Assembly (NCBI GenBank): GCA_964457085.1
Contig: CAYWDM010000001.1
Location: 111,690 to 175,689, forward strand
Source of the DNA: an uncultured Pseudomonadales bacterium
GTDB taxonomy: Bacteria > Patescibacteriota > Microgenomatia > UBA1400 > PJMF01
DNA: 64,000 nt
Direction of reading: 5' to 3'
Shown here: one piece after another, positions 50,665 to 57,921 of the stretch
How the letters are laid out: every line of letters starts with the position of its first letter
Numbering within the stretch: position 1 is the first letter of the stretch
Notes under the pieces: model-generated
The model's database searches: none
What the model saw: the letters and a program-made list of their open reading frames with translations, nothing else
What the model was told of the DNA's origin: nothing
Made by a program: the position numbers and the translations under genes

Positions 50665-51006
50665 GTTAAGGATGGGATGTAGTGCAACGAACAGCTTTGC
50701 CCTTTTTTTGGGCTTGGGCCTAATAAACACTCATAAAAAAATAAGCGCTCATTGAGCCCAAGCCACGACAACCAACAGCTATATAAGAAGTTTAGTAAAT
50801 TCTCTTGTTGTGCTGTTAATGAGCAAGGCGACAAGTAACCTATTACAATAACAAGTTCTTATCGAAATACCCAGGCCAAATATGGCCAGATAACAACACA
50901 ATTATGCGGTTATCCAGCAATACTTTAAAAAGTAGGGGAATGAGTATTCATTCAATTATGAGAGCGAAGTTTCCTTCGCCCTCATAATTTCTGAATGATT
51001 GGTGGC

Positions 51007-51468
51007 TTATGTCGTGGTGTCTACGGACAGAGTCGACGGAGCGACGGGATAGGCAAACATCGGCGCCATCTCCGCATCACTCATGCCGCATGCTTTTGCC
51101 ATAATGCGTGCAGAATTAGCAGACGCTTTATTGATTTGGCTTCGAGTGTTAATGCGGAGAACTTCCACATCGCCAATCATGCCAACCAAAAAACCATCCT
51201 TTAACTCTACACGGACAAAACACATGCCCTTTGGGGCAAGCAGGCGAGTGTACAACTTACGTGCGAAAATCTCGCGCGAAACAGCTGTGCTCAACTTCAA
51301 GCTCATCTTGGGCGACTCGTAATCCCAGATGACTTCCCCACCGGGGTCGTCAGTGCTGAAACCACAAACAAACAACAACTGCGCTTCATTAGTGCAGATG
51401 ATCGCAAAACCGTCTTCTGGCATGCGAATCGAACGTGACCCTTTCGAGGCCGGGGCTTGTTTAGCCAT
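51007..51468 (-). CDS. Hypothetical cytoplasmic protein (module 1)
   Basis: 153 aa from ATG 51468 behind AAGGAG. Confidence 0.75.
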   Translation of the reverse strand: MAKQAPASKGSRSIRMPEDGFAIICTNEAQLLFVCGFSTDDPGGEVIWDYESPKMSLKLSTAVSREIFARKLYTRLLAPKGMCFVRVELKDGFLVGMIGDVEVLRINTRSQINKASANSARIMAKACGMSDAEMAPMFAYPVAPSTLSVDTTT

Positions 51469-51511
51469 GACTGATACTCCTTCTAACTTGAATGAATGGA
51501 TTGACAACGAG

Positions 51512-51584
51512 CAACGACGGGCGCCTTATGACGCCGTGAGGGTACCCCATCTAGGGGCGGACAATTTGTGCGATATGCACCTCC
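51512..51584 (-). repeat. 73-bp structured leader element, copy in module 1
   Basis: Near-identical to 50592-50664. Confidence 0.9.
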
Positions 51585-51815
51585 AAAAAAAACAGAATGT
51601 AATACGGGCATGCTCTTTTTTTGAGCTGGGGCCAAAGCTACTAACAGGTATGACTATTAACAGCTTTGACCTCAGCTCTTATACTCATTCCCCTGTTAAG
51701 GTGCGAAACGACAAAAAAATTGCAACGCAAATGCTGCAAATATTTATATCGTTTTGCTATCAAATCTAAACAAAAAGTATCCTATATATATCAGTAGAAA
51801 AACATTACAGGACGT

Positions 51816-51844
51816 GTTATACATCTTCAATATGTAAAAGTCAA
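51816..51844 (-). promoter_or_regulatory. Candidate sigma70 promoter for the island
   Basis: TTGACT-17 bp-TATAAC on the minus strand. Confidence 0.55.
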
Positions 51845-52082
51845 TATACTTTGATAGAGTTCAACTCGATAAAAAATACAAAAAAACCTTCTCCCTCTTG
51901 CGAGAGAGCAGGCGATGCCACAAATGGAACGATATTTTGGCAGTCTGTTGAGCGGCATTCTGACAAACGCATTCACTTCAGTTCATCTCGAATTCTCGAT
52001 CAACCTTGTCAACAAATAACAAACAACTATGAGTTTTTACTCCAGACACAATTGCATTAGAAAAACTAATCCATACCTGAAT

Positions 52083-52445
52083 TTAATACATTTTTCCACC
52101 AACCACAGCAAAAACCTTATCAGGCCTAATCAATACACAGTCACCCTCGCCATCTGGGACTCCAAGCGTCAAACACTCAGAAATAAAAGGACCAATCTGA
52201 CGTGGTGGAAAATTTACCACTCCTAGAACTAGGGTATTCAATAATTGATCTGGCGTATAGTGTTTTACCAATTGAGCACTAGATTTCTTGGTTCCAATTT
52301 CAGCACCAAAATCTATTAACAGTTTGTATGCTGGCTTCCGAGCTTCAGGAAATTCTTTAACCTCTACAATCTTTCCAACTCGAACGTCAATTTTTTGGAA
52401 ATCTGAATATTCAATTTGCGAGAATGGTAGGGTAGAAACAGACAT
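52083..52445 (-). CDS. csaA: CsaA/Trbp111 tRNA-binding protein
   Basis: DF.KIDVRVGKI...FPEARKPAYKL.IDFG..IG.KKSSAQ, VVNFPPRQIG.F.SE.L.LG. Confidence 0.93.
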   Translation of the reverse strand: MSVSTLPFSQIEYSDFQKIDVRVGKIVEVKEFPEARKPAYKLLIDFGAEIGTKKSSAQLVKHYTPDQLLNTLVLGVVNFPPRQIGPFISECLTLGVPDGEGDCVLIRPDKVFAVVGGKMY

Positions 52446-52609
52446 AACTATTCCTTAATTAACAAAAATAAAATCTATCTACTCATATCTTACCAGATTA
52501 AAAAAACTAACTACAAGTCTGGTGAAAAGTAGTGAATAGATTAATATAGTATTGTTAAAGCCGTAGTTATTCTAACAAACGAGCACTATGTATCGATGTA
52601 TACTAATAC

Positions 52610-52742
52610 TACCTTCGGGGTAGGTTGATCTTGCGTAACCGCGAGAAAATACCAATCGGTGGTACACTCCACGAGTCTTGCTTGCGAGACATGATCTGGT
52701 GAAACTCCAGAAGCGACCGTATAGTCGGGTATAAAGAAGGTA
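52610..52742 (+). ncRNA. FMN (RFN) riboswitch-like aptamer, possibly a variant
   Basis: CUUCGGGGUAGG..CGGUGGUA..UCCACGA..GAUCUGGUGAAACUCCAG..CGAC.GUA.AGUC..AGAAG closing P1; upstream of an ECF transporter. Confidence 0.85.
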
Positions 52743-52812
52743 CTCAAAAAACCACGCTATTTTGCGTGGTGTTTTGAGATGCCCCGAAGTTATATAAATT
52801 ACTGTAGGGGCA

Positions 52813-53379
52813 TTGATGAAATTTTTAAATAGTTTCTCTAATCGGGATATCGCACTTTCCGCTGCATTAGCAGCTGTTTCAGCTGTTCTCCAATTCGTTC
52901 ATATTGGCTACCAGTCGCCACAGTGGGGAATGTGGATTGACGTGGTTGCAGTTTCCTGGGTGATTGCGTATTTCTTATTGGGAACTCGAGCTTCGCTACT
53001 GGTCACACTCACCGGCTCACTCATCATCACACTTTTTGCACCCGACACCTGGCTTGGTGCCTCGATGAAATTAGTGGCAACACTCCCGATACTTTTCTCA
53101 TTATTTATCTGGAAAAAAATCAAAAATACTGGCTACTCGAACCCTAGAAATCTCGCAGTCCCTGTCATAGCAGGCATGATTATTCGCTGCGCAGTAGTAC
53201 TTCCTGCAAATTACTACTACGCAATTCCCATCTGGACTGGACTAACCCCAGCTCAAGCTATAGCAGCCATCCCCTGGATGGCCATCGCCGGATTTAATAT
53301 TGTCCAAAGTATTTTAGATGTCGCACTTGCTTGGATAGTGGTCTATCGATTCAAGGTAATTAGATTTAAACAAGGCTAA
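52813..53379 (+). CDS. ECF transporter S component (riboflavin-type by riboswitch context)
   Basis: About 6 TMs, early AxxxA motif, NYYYA.P. Confidence 0.8.
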   Translation: MMKFLNSFSNRDIALSAALAAVSAVLQFVHIGYQSPQWGMWIDVVAVSWVIAYFLLGTRASLLVTLTGSLIITLFAPDTWLGASMKLVATLPILFSLFIWKKIKNTGYSNPRNLAVPVIAGMIIRCAVVLPANYYYAIPIWTGLTPAQAIAAIPWMAIAGFNIVQSILDVALAWIVVYRFKVIRFKQG

Positions 53380-53386
53380 GTTAGCT

Positions 53387-54133
53387 ATGAAAAGTGGCAT
53401 TCAACTGCGATCAGTCACGTTTCAATATCCTGAAAAGCCACCAGTGCTTCGAGATATCTCGCTGTTTATTGAAAAAGGTGATTTTGTGGGGATCACCGGG
53501 GTAAATGGCTCGGGAAAAAGCACCCTCACCTACCTATTGAACAGCATTATTCCTCATGCAATTCCAGGCCAGCTAACAGGCGAAATCACTATTAATGGTA
53601 TAAACACTCGAGAAAAATCAATCGCTTACTTCGCCAGCCAAGTTGGGATGGTATTTCAAAATCCTGATTTTTCTCTATTTAATCTCACAGTGGCTGACGA
53701 GATTGCCTTTGGCCGTCAAACTGCAAAAAGCTCAATTGATGCTTCAGAAATTACTAAACTACTCAAGCGAGTGGGTTTGGATGGTTTTGAGTCTCGAGAC
53801 CCGCAAACATTGTCATTTGGCGAAAAACAAAAAGTGAGTATCGCCAGCGTGTTAGCACTCGACGTGTCATACATAGTCTTAGATGAACCAACGGCAATGC
53901 TCGACTATGCAAGTTCGATTAGTCTCTATCAACTCTTGCAGGAACTTAATCGAGAAGGCAAAACCATCATTACCATTGAGCATGATACTGATTTTCTCTG
54001 GGCTTACACCAAGAGAACCGCAATTATTGATCGGGGTACTATCAAAGCATATGGCAAGACTAACGTCGTACTCTCAAACATAAAGCAACTCAAGCAACTA
54101 GGTATCAAGCGACCACATTCACGCATCATATGA
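53387..54133 (+). CDS. ecfA: ECF transporter ATPase
   Basis: GVNGSGKST, VFQNPD, LSFGEKQK, LDEPT. Confidence 0.9.
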   Translation: MKSGIQLRSVTFQYPEKPPVLRDISLFIEKGDFVGITGVNGSGKSTLTYLLNSIIPHAIPGQLTGEITINGINTREKSIAYFASQVGMVFQNPDFSLFNLTVADEIAFGRQTAKSSIDASEITKLLKRVGLDGFESRDPQTLSFGEKQKVSIASVLALDVSYIVLDEPTAMLDYASSISLYQLLQELNREGKTIITIEHDTDFLWAYTKRTAIIDRGTIKAYGKTNVVLSNIKQLKQLGIKRPHSRII

Positions 54134-54711
54134 CACAACTCTGGTTAACTCGTCTCAAATTGTTGCTATTACTAGCCACTACCTCCACACTGATCTTAAT
54201 TAGAAATCCCAACATCAGCCTGACGATATCAGTGCTTATAACAGTAATCGTCATCTCGACTATTAAACGGCAAAATATTGCAAATAGAATTAAGCCGTTA
54301 TTGGCTATTTGCTGTCTGGCGATCGTTTCTCAACTACTGGGAAATCACTTGGCGTCTTTAACAGACAGATTACTGCTTGGTATTGCCCATGCAACAAAAC
54401 TTTTAGCACTTAGTTTATTGGTTTTCCAATTTACTCAGACCACCTCCGCCAACAGCCTGGTGCGAGTTTTTTCTTTTCTGCCTCCTAAAATTGTACTGCT
54501 ACTAACAATCAGTTTTTCCCTAGTTCCTGTGATGATACGAGAAATTGATGCCATTCAAATTGCTCAAAAATCAAAAGGGCTCCAGTTCCAAGGGCTCCAG
54601 GCTTGGCGCAGTTTTATACCAGTAATTGTGCCACTACTCAACAGAACCTTAACTCGAGCTCAGCAGATCGCCATTGTGCTTGAAATTAGAGGATTTGAGA
54701 ATAAAAAATGA
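54130..54711 (+). CDS. ecfT: ECF transporter T component
   Basis: TM helices, AQKSKG and EIRG ARG-like motifs. Confidence 0.85.
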   Translation: MTQLWLTRLKLLLLLATTSTLILIRNPNISLTISVLITVIVISTIKRQNIANRIKPLLAICCLAIVSQLLGNHLASLTDRLLLGIAHATKLLALSLLVFQFTQTTSANSLVRVFSFLPPKIVLLLTISFSLVPVMIREIDAIQIAQKSKGLQFQGLQAWRSFIPVIVPLLNRTLTRAQQIAIVLEIRGFENKK

Positions 54712-54865
54712 GCGGGTATTGGGCAGGTGTTTCATTACTCAAGCACGAGTAGTTAATCATCCTCACTTGCCGGCAGGAGTCATCCCATGCCTCGCATACT
54801 CGGCAGCTTGCCACCCATTTTGCCACTTCATAAAAATACTGGCTCTGCGAGCCACTATTTTTATG

Positions 54866-54936
54866 AGCGGGTAAAGGGAGTCGGACCCTCTTCTCATCCT
54901 TGGGAAGGATGCATTCTACCGGTGAACCATACCCGC
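54866..54936 (-). tRNA. tRNA-Gly(CCC), CCA not encoded, T-loop reads UCCGACU
   Basis: GCGGGTA..CATCC TTCCCAA GGATG..GAGGG TCCGACT CCCTT TACCCGC T. Confidence 0.88.
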
Positions 54937-55203
54937 ACCATGAGACCAGTGCTGATTATAACCAACTTCATCATTTTTGCACCAAACGAATCTGTTCACC
55001 TGATCTAGCAGGAACGTTTTCACCATTTTTCATCTTGAGATAATATTGAAATTAGCTAAAGATTATCTTTGAGGTCATCAGGGAGTCTCCCACGGGACTA
55101 GGCAGGAGTTTGCTAATTTAGAACACCAGCAATTACACTTGTTCTCTTGCTGGCGGAACCCTTATTCATTTCATTCATCGGGTTGATCCGGTCCAAGCTC
55201 ATC

Positions 55204-55240
55204 ATAAACAAAAAAATCCCTTGCGGGATATTTTTGTTTA
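55204..55240 (-). terminator. Terminator after tRNA-Asp
   Basis: ATCCC/GGGAT hairpin flanked by A and T tracts. Confidence 0.7.
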
Positions 55241-55316
55241 TGGCGACCTCAACGGGAGTCGAACCCGTGATCTTCTCCGTGACAGGGAGACATGTTAACC
55301 ACTACACCATGAGGCC
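55241..55316 (-). tRNA. tRNA-Asp(GUC)
   Basis: GGCCTCA..TCTCC CTGTCAC GGAGA..GGTTCGACTCC..TGAGGTC G CCA. Confidence 0.95.
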
Positions 55317-55472
55317 AATGGAGTGCATTATAAGAAAAATAAGCGGTTTTGCCAAGCGGCTTAATATAGCTGTAAGATATCTCTCAACGGTTGTTGTTGA
55401 AAAACAGTGCCATGTATACTATAGGTACTATAATTAGCTAGTAATTATTTTAGGAGGCTCTCGCCAAATTCT

Positions 55473-56054
55473 ATGTTAATCCCACTCATCATCGTTGCAG
55501 CATTAGTTTTTTACTTGATCTCAGTTTTCAATTCACTTCAGACACTCAAAACCCAGATCACAGCTAGTATTCAAGAAATTGGCAATCAATTGAAGCGTCA
55601 AGCATCTTTGATTCCAAATCTAGAAACTGCCACCAAGGGTTATTTAAAGCATGAAAAAGGTGTCTATGAGATGCTGACCAAAGCTCGCATGAGTGCACAA
55701 AAAGCAAGTGAGAGTGGTGAGTCGGCAGACATTTCTAAAGCAATCGATAGTTTACAGTCAGTAATTCCACAAATTATCGTCACAGTAGAGAGCAATCCTG
55801 AACTTAAAGCAGATCAAACAATCGGTAAGTTCATGTCAGAACTCACTGACACCGCAGACAAACTTACCTACGCTAGAAGAAGTGTGATTGATTTGTCACA
55901 GGCATTTAATCAAATGCTCGTGGTATTTCCCTCTAACTTAGTTGCCAACGTCTTTGGCTTCAAGCCAGAAAAGGGCTTGGAAACACCAATGAGTGGTGAC
56001 CATGTCTCAGTCAGTGCTTCAGAGACGAAAGACGTCAAAGTTACTCTTGACTAG
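55473..56054 (+). CDS. lemA: LemA family protein
   Basis: N-terminal TM, QLKR...LIPNL, HEK, PELKAD, FPSNLVA..FGF. Confidence 0.92.
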   Translation: MLIPLIIVAALVFYLISVFNSLQTLKTQITASIQEIGNQLKRQASLIPNLETATKGYLKHEKGVYEMLTKARMSAQKASESGESADISKAIDSLQSVIPQIIVTVESNPELKADQTIGKFMSELTDTADKLTYARRSVIDLSQAFNQMLVVFPSNLVANVFGFKPEKGLETPMSGDHVSVSASETKDVKVTLD

Positions 56055-56087
56055 AGAAAGCAAATTTTCGCGACAGGAAACCGTGCT

Positions 56088-56996
56088 ATGACGCACTATA
56101 ACTTGATAGCTAAAAATCAGCAGCAATCATGGATTGTGTTGATTTTGTTTATGGGGTTTATCTCCCTGTCCGCATATTTGATTACAGTTGGTCTTGGGTA
56201 TGGTCCTGACACCATCGCGATTGCCCTGATACTTGCAGGTATTTCAAGCTTTGCCGGTTATTATTTCTCTGACAAAATTGTGCTCAGCATCTCTGGAGCT
56301 CGACCAGCTACCAGGACAGAGTTTTTCGATTTTTACACCATCACCGAAAATATCTGCATGGCTCAGCGAATGCCAATGCCGGCACTCTATGTAATTGAAG
56401 ATAGTGCCATGAACGCATTTGCCACTGGTCGTGATCCAGAGCACAGTGCGGTTTGTGCTACTACTGGGATACTGAGTCGCCTGAGTCGTGGCGAATTAGA
56501 AGGTGTGATTGCCCATGAACTTAGTCATGTCCGTAATTACGATATTAGATTGATGTCGGTAGTTAGTGTTTTGGTTGGCATGTTAGCACTACTTTCAGAC
56601 TGGTTACTGCGAATGAGTAGCTGGGGTGGAGGACGACGTCGTTCTGATCGTGAAGACAATCAAGTGCAGTTAATCGTTTTCTTTGCTGGACTAGTCTTAG
56701 CTTTTTTGTCACCAATAATCGCCAAACTAATTCAACTAGCAATCTCACGTAATCGAGAATTTTTAGCAGATGCATCTGGGGCAGGTATGACCAAAAATCC
56801 AGAAGGGTTGGCGAGGGCACTAGAAAAGATTTCGCAGGATCAAGAACCACTGGAGGCTGCAAATAAAGCCACAGCACATTTGTATATTTCAAATCCACTT
56901 AAAAACACTCATGGTGGAGTCAGCTGGTTCGCAAAACTATTTAATACTCATCCGCCTGTCGAAGAGCGAATTAAACAGCTGAGAGCACTTACGTAA
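56088..56996 (+). CDS. htpX: Zinc metalloprotease HtpX
   Basis: NAFATGR, ELEGVIAHELSH, SRNREFLAD, LFNTHPP.EERI. Confidence 0.95.
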   Translation: MTHYNLIAKNQQQSWIVLILFMGFISLSAYLITVGLGYGPDTIAIALILAGISSFAGYYFSDKIVLSISGARPATRTEFFDFYTITENICMAQRMPMPALYVIEDSAMNAFATGRDPEHSAVCATTGILSRLSRGELEGVIAHELSHVRNYDIRLMSVVSVLVGMLALLSDWLLRMSSWGGGRRRSDREDNQVQLIVFFAGLVLAFLSPIIAKLIQLAISRNREFLADASGAGMTKNPEGLARALEKISQDQEPLEAANKATAHLYISNPLKNTHGGVSWFAKLFNTHPPVEERIKQLRALT

Positions 56997-56997
56997 C

Positions 56998-57504
56998 ATG
57001 CCAGAAGAGCCACGGCTGCCAAACGCTTGGGAGAAAATCTTGTATAGATCTCCACAAATTCAACCGGAATTAAGTGCGGACGTGCAGATAATTGTCTCTG
57101 AGTTGTTAAAAATTGAGCAATTTATTGATACGATTATTCAACTGGGGGGCCATAAAAGATGGAAAACACTGCTTTCACTAGCACCAGAAAATACCGCACA
57201 TAGAGAATCGCAGACGCCACAGATTAGACTCTTACGTATAGTTCATAATGATCGCGTCATTGGCTTATTGGCAAAACTCAAGGAAAAAGATCCCAAACAA
57301 GCAAAGAAATATGCCAAAATTTTGAGCAAGACCACCCTAGCTCAACGCTACATTAATGAAGCAACGGCTCCACAAGGAGAGATAGAAATAACTCATGATA
57401 GAAAATCCTATCGACCAATCATTCAAGACTTAATCAACTGGCTCAGATCGTGGAAAAAAACTCCCAAGAATAATTCTGTCACTGCAATTGTAAAAAAAGC
57501 ATAA
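56998..57504 (+). CDS. Hypothetical protein
   Basis: 168-aa ORF abutting the htpX stop. Confidence 0.6.
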   Translation: MPEEPRLPNAWEKILYRSPQIQPELSADVQIIVSELLKIEQFIDTIIQLGGHKRWKTLLSLAPENTAHRESQTPQIRLLRIVHNDRVIGLLAKLKEKDPKQAKKYAKILSKTTLAQRYINEATAPQGEIEITHDRKSYRPIIQDLINWLRSWKKTPKNNSVTAIVKKA

Positions 57505-57546
57505 GCTGATCCTGTCAAACAAATTATTTTTTGCTACACTACAAAG

Positions 57547-57864
57547 TTGATGTCAAAAAACACGGTTTCACCAAACCAAGTCCAACATATTGCAAATCTA
57601 GCAACTATTCCAGTGTCCCAACAAGAGATTGAGAAACTCGCAGTTGAATTTAGCGAAACCCTTGACGTTGTTGATCAGCTTCGTACCCTCGATACCAGTA
57701 AAACCGCCATTACCTATCAGGTGACTGGCATGCAGAATGTGTGGCGCGAAGACATCGTCACGCCAGCACATAGTTTTACTCAGCAGCAAGCTTTGGCAAA
57801 TGCCTCACAAACTCACCAAGGCTACTTCGTGGTACCTGGACTGTTAAAAAATAAAGATTCCTAA
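57547..57864 (+). CDS. gatC: Asp/Glu-tRNA amidotransferase subunit C
   Basis: V.HIA.LA, L..LDT, NVWRED, GYFVVP. Confidence 0.9.
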   Translation: MMSKNTVSPNQVQHIANLATIPVSQQEIEKLAVEFSETLDVVDQLRTLDTSKTAITYQVTGMQNVWREDIVTPAHSFTQQQALANASQTHQGYFVVPGLLKNKDS

Positions 57865-57921
57865 CAAAACAACCCAAGACACCACAACAGTAGCACCCAA
57901 GAAATAAGGAAAAAATTGTAT

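Larger units (their letters stand above)
41512..51844 (-). other. Modular ribozyme-punctuated island (five arm-enclosed expression modules)
   Basis: All genes co-oriented; repeated leader grammar, complementary arms, two hammerheads; no integrase seen. Confidence 0.8.

Noticed and set aside
41533-50989. Hairpins after each module's last stop codon as intrinsic terminators
   Set aside because: They lack a U tract in the direction of transcription and are followed by the pairing arm; better read as 3' stabilising or processing structures
41512-51844. CRISPR array, integron cassette array or diversity-generating retroelement as the explanation for the repeats
   Set aside because: No regular repeat-spacer period, cas genes, integron integrase, attC core sites, reverse transcriptase or adenine-specific TR/VR differences
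41371-52082. Classical tRNA-integrated ICE or prophage
   Set aside because: The island lies on the 5' side of tRNA-Thr; I found no duplicated tRNA fragment at the far end and no integrase or phage structural genes
55060-55090. CUGAUGA on the minus strand (55081-55075) as a third hammerhead
   Set aside because: No stem II closed by GAAA and no stem III or cleavage triplet in register
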